Shown here: in pieces, positions 18,555-28,088 of the stretch
Numbering within the stretch: the stretch's first letter is position 1
Layout: every line of letters starts with the position of its first letter
Made by a program: the position numbers and the translations under genes
The notes under the pieces: model-generated
The model's database searches: none
The model's input: the letters and a program-made list of their open reading frames with translations, nothing else
What the model was told of the DNA's origin: nothing
NCBI GenBank assembly: GCA_964643725.1
Contig: CAZXTL010000001.1
Coordinates: 129,041-193,040, forward strand
DNA from: an uncultured Candidatus Marinamargulisbacteria bacterium
Lineage (GTDB): Bacteria; Margulisbacteria; Riflemargulisbacteria; GWF2-35-9; DYQY01
Direction of reading: 5' to 3'
DNA: 64,000 bases

Positions 18555-20132
18555 ATGATTGATAAATACAATAAAATACTAATTATTGGCATGGTTTTAT
18601 TTGCAATAATTAGTCTGTTGACGATTGCGATAAATCCTCTAATTATTGATGATGCTTCAATGTATGCTTTGGCTATAAAAAATGCTGTTATTTATAATGC
18701 TTGGTTCGCTCCTGTTTTTACTCCTGGTGATATCTCCTCATATTTAGATAAACCACCGCTTGGGATTTGGATATTATCTATAATTCCAAAGATATTTGGA
18801 GTTACGGTAGTAACGGTTCACATAACAAATGTGTTTGTGTTTTTTTTGCTGGGGTGGTTTTTATATCGGTTTCTTTTAAAAGAAGCAGATAGAGATACTG
18901 CAGTTTTTTCTGTAATGGTTGCTCTTACAAGTTTAATTCTAGTTATATTTTCTAGGACTCCTAAGCTTGATATGCTGATTGCTTTGACTTTAATGCTTAG
19001 CCATTTTGAGCTTTTTAAGTTTATTAAATATAAGAAGTTAAAACATGCTTATTTGTTTACCTTTTTTTGTGCGATAGGCTTCCTTATTAAGAGTGGATTT
19101 GCTTTGGTTTTTCCAGTAATGACGATATTTTCTTTATTGATTTTTAAGGACATTCGAGTTTTTTTGTTTAGAACGCTTTTCAGTAAACACGGCATATTAA
19201 ATGTTATATTTTTTATAGTAATAATTTCATCAGTTTTATTAATGCAAAAGCCATTCTTTGGTGAGCTGTGGATAGACTACCTAAAGTCTTTTACAATCAC
19301 TAGTAAATATAATACAAGCTATCTTGGACTTACCTTCAATTTGTCAGCAATAATTCTTTTAGTTTTATCTGTTTTTCCTTGGATTGGTTGTTTGATTGTA
19401 AGTTTAAAAGAAATTAATAAAGAATTTAATTTTTATGTATTTACTTTGCTTTGGTTGATTTCAAATACAGTTTTTGTAATATTGTTTTATAAACAAACAG
19501 ATGTAAGAACTTTTGTAATGCTTTCGGTGCCTTTGATAATTTTAATAGCTTCCAGTCTTTCAACTGTATTAAGTGTGAAGAAGAGAAATACAACAGCTTT
19601 TGTTGTTAATCTTCTTTTAGGGATTATTTTCCTGCTAGGGACAATACTTTTAGTAAGCAAAAATGATGTTTTGTTTTTACTTGCGATGTGTTTTTCTTTA
19701 GTTTTCTTTTCTTTTTCTCTGTTTTATATAAGACCAACAAGAAAGATATTAGTTATTACTTTCCTTATAATTTGTTTAAGTTATACTGTATTATTTTTTC
19801 AAGTAAGTGGAATAGTTGACCGAAACAATGATTTTAAAAAGTATCCTGAAATTATTAGCAGTTATCAAAAGATTGGCTACAAATTTGTTATTTTTAGACC
19901 AGCCGGCAGACCAACAGTAATGAGTAATGACCATACGTATATTGATTTCATTAAAGGGCCAGCTGATTACTATGTTTGGGAGTATGTAAGGATGGAAGCG
20001 CTTATAGCTAAGACAAATACTATTCTAGTTTTAGACCCTCAGAGCTTAGCTAGACTTAAAGGTAACGAGAAGTTAGAGGTGTTAGAAAGAAATAGAGATT
20101 CGGTATTAGTTGTAAGCAATAGTGTGCGGTAG
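18555..20132 (+). CDS. GT39/GT83-type glycosyltransferase (ArnT / PMT-like) integral membrane protein
   Basis: It is predicted to have more than 10 TM segments. The N-terminal region carries DDASMYALA and the DKPPLGIW motif typical of the ArnT/PMT family. Confidence 0.55.
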   Translation: MIDKYNKILIIGMVLFAIISLLTIAINPLIIDDASMYALAIKNAVIYNAWFAPVFTPGDISSYLDKPPLGIWILSIIPKIFGVTVVTVHITNVFVFFLLGWFLYRFLLKEADRDTAVFSVMVALTSLILVIFSRTPKLDMLIALTLMLSHFELFKFIKYKKLKHAYLFTFFCAIGFLIKSGFALVFPVMTIFSLLIFKDIRVFLFRTLFSKHGILNVIFFIVIISSVLLMQKPFFGELWIDYLKSFTITSKYNTSYLGLTFNLSAIILLVLSVFPWIGCLIVSLKEINKEFNFYVFTLLWLISNTVFVILFYKQTDVRTFVMLSVPLIILIASSLSTVLSVKKRNTTAFVVNLLLGIIFLLGTILLVSKNDVLFLLAMCFSLVFFSFSLFYIRPTRKILVITFLIICLSYTVLFFQVSGIVDRNNDFKKYPEIISSYQKIGYKFVIFRPAGRPTVMSNDHTYIDFIKGPADYYVWEYVRMEALIAKTNTILVLDPQSLARLKGNEKLEVLERNRDSVLVVSNSVR

Positions 20133-20142
20133 TTTTGCGTTT

Positions 20143-20329
20143 TGTCATCCTGAACTTGATTCAGGATCCAGTCATATATTAAATTTGACCATTACAAAAC
20201 ATTAAGTAGATTATTAATTGAATATAGACTAATAAATAGTCCCTAATTTAAGCTTATAATAGTAAACTAGCTGCTTCAATATTTAAATAAACAGTAAGAC
20301 TGGATCCCGGATCGGAGTCCGGGATGACA
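20143..20329. mobile_element. MITE-like element: about 31-bp imperfect terminal inverted repeats (TGTCATCC-hairpin-GGATCCAGTC) flanking an AT-rich core
   Basis: Left end is 20143-20173 and right end is 20298-20329, present as its reverse complement. Each end has its own 7-8 bp hairpin. A third partial copy (GGGATGACATT) lies at 20358-20368. Confidence 0.4.
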
Positions 20330-20451
20330 TTTCGTCAACGAATTACTTAACTTGTACAGGGATGACATTCAAAAATACAGTTTAATAAATCAAAGTAGCC
20401 ACAAATCAATATTTCGCTTTATAATTATTAAAAAGGTTAAGGGAGTGCATT

Positions 20452-22131
20452 ATGGCAGATGAAATTAATAAAATAATATATTCAATGTATAAGGTATGTA
20501 AGTTTTATGATAAGAAACCAATAATTAAAGATATTTCGCTTTCGTATTTTTATGGAGCAAAAATCGGAGTACTTGGGCTTAATGGATCAGGTAAAAGTAC
20601 ACTTCTAAGGATACTGGCTGGTACAGATCAAGATTTTCAAGGCAAGATTTCGCTTACTCCTGGTTATACTATAGGTTATTTGGAACAGGAACCTAAACTA
20701 GATCCAAATATGACTGTAAAGCAAGTAGTAGAGCAAGGCATGCAGGAACTAGTTGATTTAATGAAAGAATATAATGCAATAAATGATAAATTCTCTGAGC
20801 CTATGTCCGATGCAGAAATGGATAAGCTGCTTGAAAAACAAGGTAAAGTGCAAGAAAAGCTTGATGCTAAGGATGCTTGGGATATAGATTCTAAGCTTGA
20901 AATGGCGATGGATTCATTGCGTTGTCCTGAAGGTGATACTCTTATAAAAGTGTTATCTGGTGGAGAATTAAGACGAGTTGCGCTTTGTAGATTATTGTTA
21001 CAGAAGCCTGATGTTTTATTGTTAGATGAGCCTACAAATCATTTAGATGCAGAAACAGTTGATTGGCTTGAGCAACACCTTCAGCGTTATGAAGGTACAG
21101 TTATTGCTGTAACACATGACCGTTATTTCTTAGATAATGTTGCTGGTTGGATACTTGAGTTAGATAGAGGAGAGGGTATCCCTTGGAAAGGTAATTATTC
21201 TTCTTGGTTAGAGCAAAAACAGAAAAGATTACAGAATGAAGAAAAGTCAGAATCAGAAAGACAGAAAACGTTAAAAAGAGAACTAGAATGGATACGAATG
21301 ACCCCTAAAGGTCGTCAAGTTAAAGCGAAGGCGCATATTAAAGCATATGAAACGTTACTTGCTGACGAACAAGAGAAGAGATCAACTGATTTGGAAATAT
21401 TTATACCAACAGGCAGAAAGCTTGGAACCAGCGTTATAGAGGCTAAAAATGTAAGTAAGGGCTACGGAGATAGATTATTAGTAGAGAATATGGATTTTGT
21501 TCTTCCGCCTGGAGGGATTGTTGGAGTAATCGGACCGAACGGAGCTGGGAAGACAACGCTTTTTAGAATGATTATTGGAGCGGAGAAACCTGATTCTGGT
21601 ACCATCAAAGTTGGAGAGACAGTAGAGCTAGCCTATGTTGACCAGTCCCGCGATGACCTCGATCCAACCAAAAGCATCTGGGAAGTTATTTCAGAATCGC
21701 AAGAGGTTATTCAAATGGGTAAGCGCGAAATCAATTCACGTGCCTATGTTTCAAGATTTAACTTTTCAGGTACTGACCAACAAAAGAAAGTTGGTCAAAT
21801 ATCTGGGGGAGAACGTAATAGGGTACATTTGGCTAAGCTGCTTAAGTCTGGCTCAAATGTTATTTTACTAGATGAACCTACTAATGATTTAGACGTTAAT
21901 ACAATAAGAGCTTTAGAAGATGCTTTAGAGAATTTTGCTGGTTGCGCAGTTGTTATAAGCCATGACCGTTGGTTCTTAGACCGTATTGCAACACATATTT
22001 TAGCTTTTGAAGGTGATAGTAAAGTTGTTTGGTTTGAAGGTAATTATTCTGAGTATGCTGAAGATAAAAAGAAGCGTACAGGTAATGACCAACCACATAG
22101 AATAAAGTATCGCAAATTAACTAGAGGGTAG
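20452..22131 (+). CDS. ettA: energy-dependent translational throttle protein EttA (ABC-F ATPase)
   Basis: It is 559 aa with two ABC cassettes (GLNGSGKST, GPNGAGKTT, LSGGE/ISGGE). The N-terminal pattern Y.M..V.K.Y.....I.KDISLSYFYGAKIGVLG is diagnostic of EttA. Confidence 0.9.
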   Translation: MADEINKIIYSMYKVCKFYDKKPIIKDISLSYFYGAKIGVLGLNGSGKSTLLRILAGTDQDFQGKISLTPGYTIGYLEQEPKLDPNMTVKQVVEQGMQELVDLMKEYNAINDKFSEPMSDAEMDKLLEKQGKVQEKLDAKDAWDIDSKLEMAMDSLRCPEGDTLIKVLSGGELRRVALCRLLLQKPDVLLLDEPTNHLDAETVDWLEQHLQRYEGTVIAVTHDRYFLDNVAGWILELDRGEGIPWKGNYSSWLEQKQKRLQNEEKSESERQKTLKRELEWIRMTPKGRQVKAKAHIKAYETLLADEQEKRSTDLEIFIPTGRKLGTSVIEAKNVSKGYGDRLLVENMDFVLPPGGIVGVIGPNGAGKTTLFRMIIGAEKPDSGTIKVGETVELAYVDQSRDDLDPTKSIWEVISESQEVIQMGKREINSRAYVSRFNFSGTDQQKKVGQISGGERNRVHLAKLLKSGSNVILLDEPTNDLDVNTIRALEDALENFAGCAVVISHDRWFLDRIATHILAFEGDSKVVWFEGNYSEYAEDKKKRTGNDQPHRIKYRKLTRG

Positions 22132-22984
22132 TAGTCTCAAGAGGTTTGTTCTTGAATTGATAGTTTAATTTAGACAGAAACGCTTGTGTTGCTAATAGAT
22201 ATGCTTGAAGTTTAACTTTGTTGGCTTCTTGGTTTGTTTTATCTGTAAGGTTTGCAAAGCCTTCAGATGGAGATTGGATTATTTTAGAAATATCTTGAAT
22301 AGAGGAATTGATATCCCGACCTGTTTGGATTGCAGGAGCGTTATCCATATTGTAGGTATTGTCTATTACAGTTTCACCAAGTTTATTAATTATTACTATT
22401 TTTGCTGATAAGGTGGCATATTTGTATGTCGTTTTTTGTCCATTTACAACATCAGAGTTTATTTTATAACTTAACACTAAAGAAGCAATGGCATCTGTAT
22501 TTAGATATGCACAAATTTGCTTAGCCTTTTCTTTCGCATTAGCATTAGAGAGGTCAATAAATTTATAAGGTGGGATAACATAATATTCTTTGCCAAGTAG
22601 CTTTGGTAGTTCTTGAGAAAATGAGTTGTAGTAGTCATCTCTTGCTAATTTAGCTTGGTCAAACTTGTAAATATTGAATTTATTATAGAAAAAGTCATTT
22701 ATAAGATTGCTAATAATAATATAAGTTTCAATTTCTTCAGTAGAAATAGGCTTCATTAGCTTTGAGGGATTAGAAAGAATATTCATTATTTTTGATGGTT
22801 CTAGTATATAAGATAAAAGATCATCACTTTTGATTTCTTGTTCTCTATCGATTGTAATGTTCACTATGGCAACACTTTTTATTTCTTTAAGTTTCTCTTC
22901 GTTTACAGTGCAACCTGTAAAAAAAATAAGAAGCAAGAAGGCAAAAGGTATTGCCTTGGGATTAAAAATAGAAGTGCATTCCAC
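22121..22984 (-). CDS. hypothetical lipoprotein
   Basis: There is a signal peptide with a lipobox (LLLIFFTGC). No other known domain is present. Confidence 0.4.
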   Translation of the reverse strand: MECTSIFNPKAIPFAFLLLIFFTGCTVNEEKLKEIKSVAIVNITIDREQEIKSDDLLSYILEPSKIMNILSNPSKLMKPISTEEIETYIIISNLINDFFYNKFNIYKFDQAKLARDDYYNSFSQELPKLLGKEYYVIPPYKFIDLSNANAKEKAKQICAYLNTDAIASLVLSYKINSDVVNGQKTTYKYATLSAKIVIINKLGETVIDNTYNMDNAPAIQTGRDINSSIQDISKIIQSPSEGFANLTDKTNQEANKVKLQAYLLATQAFLSKLNYQFKNKPLETTTL

Positions 22985-23840
22985 TACTTAGCTTAATTCC
23001 TGATTTATAGCTTCCGTTAACATCCTGAGAACGTTCAAATCCCATTTCAAAATTGACATAAGCATTATCTACCATACTTAGGAAAATTCCACCAAAGAAT
23101 CCCATAAGATACATGGCTTCTTCAGAGCTTAACTTTTTTTCATTTCCATCGTTATTCATAATTAGTAGACCAATAGATCCTATAGCTAAAGGAATGCCAA
23201 GTAATGCTGCGCTTCCTTCTGCTCCAATCATGGCTTGCGAAATAGTAGCATCTTCCTTAATAGAGCCTGAACCTTTGTCTACTAATCTTTTCCCAACACC
23301 AAGTGCAAAGTAGCTGTTCATATGTCTATCTAGAATTATATAGTTGCCTAATTGAATAATAGGTCTAACCATATAGCTTTCATAAATACTGCCAGGTGAG
23401 CTGTCTGCCCATCCCATAAACTGTAAGCCGATGTTGCCTAGCGGGAAATATTTAATGCTGATGCCAGAAACAGAGTCTGATAAATACATGCCCATGGCAA
23501 AGTTGCCTCTGGAATCTTTTATTCTTTCTGCTTCAACTTTTTTGGAACCAATATTCGCAATATTTGTTTTCTTTGCTTCTACAAAGTAAGAAGTGTTAAT
23601 TGTTTTCATGCCGTCATCAGATATTCTAAGTGGTTCAGCATAAATAATCATGTCTCCGGAAAATATTTTAATGTAGTGTTCCCCAATTGGAAGTTCATAG
23701 TTGCTGACATTTCCTTTGCCTGCCAAAACGCCGTCAATATAGATATCTACTTTTGGGTCATCATTTAATATGTTTACTTTTGCGCCCCACGCTAATGATA
23801 ATAAGATAGAAAAGAGAGTAATCATCATTATTTTTTTCAT
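22962..23840 (-). CDS. hypothetical outer-membrane protein (signal peptide, Gly/aromatic-rich, C-terminal Phe)
   Basis: The N-terminal signal is MKKIMMITLFSILLSLAWGA. The alternating-polarity segments and terminal ...MHFYF are consistent with a beta-barrel OMP. Confidence 0.4.
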   Translation of the reverse strand: MKKIMMITLFSILLSLAWGAKVNILNDDPKVDIYIDGVLAGKGNVSNYELPIGEHYIKIFSGDMIIYAEPLRISDDGMKTINTSYFVEAKKTNIANIGSKKVEAERIKDSRGNFAMGMYLSDSVSGISIKYFPLGNIGLQFMGWADSSPGSIYESYMVRPIIQLGNYIILDRHMNSYFALGVGKRLVDKGSGSIKEDATISQAMIGAEGSAALLGIPLAIGSIGLLIMNNDGNEKKLSSEEAMYLMGFFGGIFLSMVDNAYVNFEMGFERSQDVNGSYKSGIKLSSGMHFYF

Positions 23841-23935
23841 TTCTTTGCTCCTTTTTATGTTAACTACGGTTTAATGATATTAAAAAAACTTACTCTTTGC
23901 AATCATCTTACAGTTGAATCAGAGTTTACTGTTTA

Positions 23936-24505
23936 ATGAAATATGAGATATACTTTTTTATTATGTTAATAAAAAAATGGAAAATATTAGTTGTTTTGCT
24001 GTTAATGGTTTGTGCTTTTTTATTAACGTCTTGCGTTGAGATAAAGCCATTAGAAGTAAGTCTTGCAAAAGAAAGAATAAAGTCAGTTACTTATGAGAAG
24101 GCCACCATAGAGGTTGATTTAAATATTAAAAATCCTAATGTTATTGGTATTGACGAAGCCATAGTTGAGTATGGTGTAAACGTAGGAGATGTTGAGGTTT
24201 TCAATATGAAAAATGTTAAGATATCTATACCTGGCAGTTCTACTAAAACAAACATTCTTCCTGTAGATATTTATTACGGAAAGATATTTAAGACAGTAGC
24301 AAAAATGAATGAGTTTATTTCTGCTGGCAATAAAACAGTTCCTTATAAAGTAAAAGGAGCCATTGGTTTGAATGTAGTAGGATTTCCTGTTGTTGTTCCG
24401 TTTGAGTCAGAAGGTCAAGTTCCATTGCCTGATTTACAGCAAGAAAGACTTAATTTAGAAAATCAACTCAATAAAATTAAGGATAGTTTTAAAATAAGTT
24501 TTTAA
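23936..24505 (+). CDS. LEA_2/WHy-like (LEA14-type) lipoprotein
   Basis: It has a lipobox (LLTSC). The pattern VEIKPLEVSL...ATIEVDLNIKNPN...Y.V.V resembles the late-embryogenesis-abundant type 2 water-stress domain. The true start may be the internal Met at 23963. Confidence 0.4.
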   Translation: MKYEIYFFIMLIKKWKILVVLLLMVCAFLLTSCVEIKPLEVSLAKERIKSVTYEKATIEVDLNIKNPNVIGIDEAIVEYGVNVGDVEVFNMKNVKISIPGSSTKTNILPVDIYYGKIFKTVAKMNEFISAGNKTVPYKVKGAIGLNVVGFPVVVPFESEGQVPLPDLQQERLNLENQLNKIKDSFKISF

Positions 24506-24631
24506 CATTATTTTCACTAAAAAGGCAATTCCCGTAAAATCGTCTTTTTCGCGTGCATGTTTCTAGCTATTTAATGATTTATCGAGTAAAATATTCAAGT
24601 AAATTAAAAAAACATCATTAAGGAGCCAAGA

Positions 24632-26707
24632 ATGTCCCAAATAATGAAAAGATTCGGTGAATTGGTTTTCACACAAGAAGTTATGAGAAATAGATTAAGC
24701 GAAACAGTCTATAGTCAGCTGATAAATACTATTGTTAAAGGCGATATGCTTGAAAAGGAAATTGCCGGTGAAGTAGCACACAGCATGAAGGAGTGGGCTA
24801 TAGAAAATGGAGCTACTCATTATACTCACTGGTTTCAACCTCTTAGAGGAGGAACAGCTGAAAAGCATAATTCTTTCATTAGTTATGATGAAGAGGGTGT
24901 TCTAATTGAAAGACTTTCTGCAATCCAGTTGATTCAGTCAGAACCTGATGCGTCTTCCTTTCCAAGTGGAGGGATGCGCTCAACATTTGAGGCTAGAGGC
25001 TACTCAGCTTGGGATCCAACATCTCCTGTTTTTTTAATAGAAGCTAAAGATACTAAGACCTTAGTTATTCCATCGGTTTTTCTTTCTTGGACCGGTGATG
25101 TTCTAGACCAAAAAACAGGACTGCTTAGAAGCAAAAAAGCTTTAAATAATGTTGGGATAAAATTGCAGAAACTTTTAGGGAACAGAAATGCTAAAAGGAT
25201 TAATGTTTGGCTTGGGATAGAACAGGAGTATTTTTTAGTAGATAAAGAACTTTATGAAACAAGAGCTGACTTGCAGATATGTAAACAAACTTTGTTTGGG
25301 AAACCTGCTGCTAGGAATCAACAACTGAAGGACCATTATTTTGGCACCATTAAGAAAAGAGTGCTAATTTTTATGGAGGATTTTGACAGAGAACTGTATA
25401 GAAGAGGTATTCCTGCTAAAACAAGACATAATGAAGTATCGCCAAATCAGTTTGAAATAGCGCCACTTTATGAAGAACAAAATCTAGCGATAGACCATAA
25501 CCTTCAGGTAATGGATATTATTGAGGAAGTCGCTGAAAGGCATGGACTTGTAGCTCTTTTACAGGAGAAACCATATAGAGGAGTGAACGGTTCAGGAAAG
25601 CACGTGAATTGGTCTATAGGAGACAATACCGGCGCTAATTATTTAGAGCCATCAGCCTCACCTTTAAGGAATATTACATTATTAATGACAGTTGTCTCAA
25701 TGATGATTGGCGTTAAGAAATATGCTAATTTTCTAAATGCATTAGTATTAGATGCGGGTAATGAAAAAAGGCTTGGAGGGACAGAAGCTCCTCCGAATAT
25801 TATGTCTGTTTATTTAGGAGAATATCTTTCCTCTTTGCTGGAGGAAATAGAGAAGTTGAGCAAGGTTACTGAGAAGAAGATGGCTGAGATAAGTTTAGGC
25901 ATACGTCAGCTTCCTTCTGTGGAGAAGGATAGTTCGGATAGGAATAGAACAGCTCCGATGGCTTTTACGGGTAATAAGTTTGAGTTTAGGTCTGTAGGTT
26001 CTTCTCAGAATTGTTCAGAAGTTGTTACTTTGCTGAATTTAATAATTACAGAAGGTTATGAAAGAATTTATGAGAAGATTGTAAAAATGAACGGCGAACC
26101 AAAGGCAAATGCTTTGTTAGTTGTTAAAGAAATGATAAAAGAAACAAAAGAGATTCATTTCGAGGGTAATTGTTACTCTGTTGAATGGAAAGATGAAGCT
26201 AAGAAACGTGGGTTAATAAATTTCCAGAATACTCCAGAAGCTTTAGAAGGCATGATTAGTAAAGATGTTTTAGATTTGTATAAGACATTTGAAGTGCTAT
26301 CAGAAAAAGAGTTATTAGCCAGACAGAATATTCGTTTTAAGCAGTATGTAAGGACAAAACAAATTGAATTACAGTCTGCTTGTGAGATGGCAAAGACTGA
26401 AGTAATGCCAGCTATATTAAAACAATTAGCTCTGTTAATATCAGCCAGTACAGGCAAGACAGGACTGATTTCTGAGCAAATTAAGGAATTAGAGGAATTG
26501 TTTAAGAATATAAATGATTCTGTTGAACAGATTAATAAGAAGATAACCTGTCATTGCATGAATGAGCTTCAGGAGCAAGCAAGAGCCTACTGCCAATGTG
26601 GTGAAGATTTGGAAAAACTTAGAGAATTTGTGGATGTTGCAGAAGATATTATTTCTAGAGAATATTGGCCATTTGCAACGTATCAGCAATTATTCAGAAG
26701 ATTATAG
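24632..26707 (+). CDS. glnN: glutamine synthetase type III
   Basis: It is about 690 aa. The GSIII N-terminal region (HYTHWFQPLRGG...) and catalytic-region motifs (NEVSPNQFEIAPLYE, NGSGKHVNWS) are present. Confidence 0.8.
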   Translation: MSQIMKRFGELVFTQEVMRNRLSETVYSQLINTIVKGDMLEKEIAGEVAHSMKEWAIENGATHYTHWFQPLRGGTAEKHNSFISYDEEGVLIERLSAIQLIQSEPDASSFPSGGMRSTFEARGYSAWDPTSPVFLIEAKDTKTLVIPSVFLSWTGDVLDQKTGLLRSKKALNNVGIKLQKLLGNRNAKRINVWLGIEQEYFLVDKELYETRADLQICKQTLFGKPAARNQQLKDHYFGTIKKRVLIFMEDFDRELYRRGIPAKTRHNEVSPNQFEIAPLYEEQNLAIDHNLQVMDIIEEVAERHGLVALLQEKPYRGVNGSGKHVNWSIGDNTGANYLEPSASPLRNITLLMTVVSMMIGVKKYANFLNALVLDAGNEKRLGGTEAPPNIMSVYLGEYLSSLLEEIEKLSKVTEKKMAEISLGIRQLPSVEKDSSDRNRTAPMAFTGNKFEFRSVGSSQNCSEVVTLLNLIITEGYERIYEKIVKMNGEPKANALLVVKEMIKETKEIHFEGNCYSVEWKDEAKKRGLINFQNTPEALEGMISKDVLDLYKTFEVLSEKELLARQNIRFKQYVRTKQIELQSACEMAKTEVMPAILKQLALLISASTGKTGLISEQIKELEELFKNINDSVEQINKKITCHCMNELQEQARAYCQCGEDLEKLREFVDVAEDIISREYWPFATYQQLFRRL

Positions 26708-26717
26708 GAGAATATTT

Positions 26718-28088
26718 ATGAAATTAGTCGTTTTAGCAGGTGGTAGTGGTACGAGGCTTTGGCCCTTATCTAGGAAATTATTTCCTAAACAATTTATTCA
26801 ATTATTTGAGGATAGATCGCTTTTTCAAAAAACGCTGACAAGAAATAAAATAAATAATATTTCAGTCGTTACTAATGAACAACAGTATTTTTTGGTTATC
26901 GACCAAGCAAAAGAAGATGGTTATGAAAATCTCGAGTTTATTTTAGAACCTGTTGGTAGAAATACCGCTCCAGCAATTGCCTTGGCCTGTTTCGATGCTA
27001 AGCCTGACGAGGTGATTCTTGTAACTCCTTCAGACCATATAATAAAAAAAGAAGGCGAGTATCTAAAATGTCTTCAGAAAGCTGAGAAATTAGCTCAGCA
27101 AGGTCATTTAGTAACATTTGGTATCGCTCCGACCTTTCCTTCAACTGGATATGGCTATATTCAAGCAGATGGGGAGAACGTTATTAGCTTTAAAGAGAAA
27201 CCAGATTTAGCTACTGCGGATAAGTATGTTAAGAGTGGTAATTATTATTGGAACAGCGGAATGTTTGTTTTTAAAGCAGGTGTTTTTTTAGAAGAACTCA
27301 ATAAATTTTCTCCTGAGATTTATAAGGCTTCTAAGAAAGCGTTTGAAAATGCAGTAACAGATAGTTCTGGGATGCTAAGGATAAAGCACGATGACATGAT
27401 GGCTATTCCTGCGAATAGTATTGACTATGCTGTTATGGAAAAGAGTAACAAGGTTAAGGTGGTTTCAGCCGATATTGGTTGGTCTGATTTGGGTAGCTAT
27501 GATGAGATTGCAGAATATTTTAATGATGGTAAGAGTGAAGGAAAATATAAAGAGGATATCGCCATAGATTCTGAGAATAATTTTGTCGTTTCTACTGAAG
27601 GAAAGATAGTAAGTACAGCGGGAGTAAGTGACTTGGTTATTATAGATACTTCAGATGCACTTTTGATTGCGAGAAAAGGGGAGACGCAAAAGGTTAAACA
27701 AATAGTAGATGAACTTCAAAAAAGAGGATCTGCGCTGATTAATGAGCATACTACTGTTCATCGTCCTTGGGGAACTTATACAGTCCTGCTTGAACATAAC
27801 AACTATAAGATAAAGAGGATAGAGGTTAAGCCAAAACACAAATTATCTTTTCAAAAGCATGAACATCGCAACGAACATTGGGTAGTTGTTAGCGGAGAAG
27901 CTATGGTAAGTAAAGAGCAAGAAAAGCTAGTATTGTTTGAGAATCAATCTACTTATATTCCAAAAGGTGTTAGACACCGCTTGGAGAACCAAGGGGAGAT
28001 ACCTCTAGTTATCATAGAAGCGCAGGTAGGTAGTTATGTAGGCGAGGATGATATTATTCGATATGAGGATGATTACAACCGCAAATGA
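26718..28088 (+). CDS. manC: mannose-1-phosphate guanylyltransferase / mannose-6-phosphate isomerase (type II PMI, bifunctional)
   Basis: AGGAG lies 7 nt upstream of the ATG at 26718. The N-terminus carries the nucleotidyltransferase motif (LAGGSGTRLWPLSR) and the C-terminus a cupin. The ORF-track start at 26562 overlaps glnN and is rejected. Confidence 0.8.
   Translation: MKLVVLAGGSGTRLWPLSRKLFPKQFIQLFEDRSLFQKTLTRNKINNISVVTNEQQYFLVIDQAKEDGYENLEFILEPVGRNTAPAIALACFDAKPDEVILVTPSDHIIKKEGEYLKCLQKAEKLAQQGHLVTFGIAPTFPSTGYGYIQADGENVISFKEKPDLATADKYVKSGNYYWNSGMFVFKAGVFLEELNKFSPEIYKASKKAFENAVTDSSGMLRIKHDDMMAIPANSIDYAVMEKSNKVKVVSADIGWSDLGSYDEIAEYFNDGKSEGKYKEDIAIDSENNFVVSTEGKIVSTAGVSDLVIIDTSDALLIARKGETQKVKQIVDELQKRGSALINEHTTVHRPWGTYTVLLEHNNYKIKRIEVKPKHKLSFQKHEHRNEHWVVVSGEAMVSKEQEKLVLFENQSTYIPKGVRHRLENQGEIPLVIIEAQVGSYVGEDDIIRYEDDYNRK

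Noticed and set aside
26562-26717. ORF-track start of manC at 26562, which would overlap the last 146 nt of glnN
   Set aside because: The internal ATG at 26718 has an AGGAG RBS 7 nt upstream. It begins exactly at the conserved nucleotidyltransferase N-terminus (MKLVVLAGGSGTRLWPLS). The upstream extension has no RBS and overlaps glnN in another frame.
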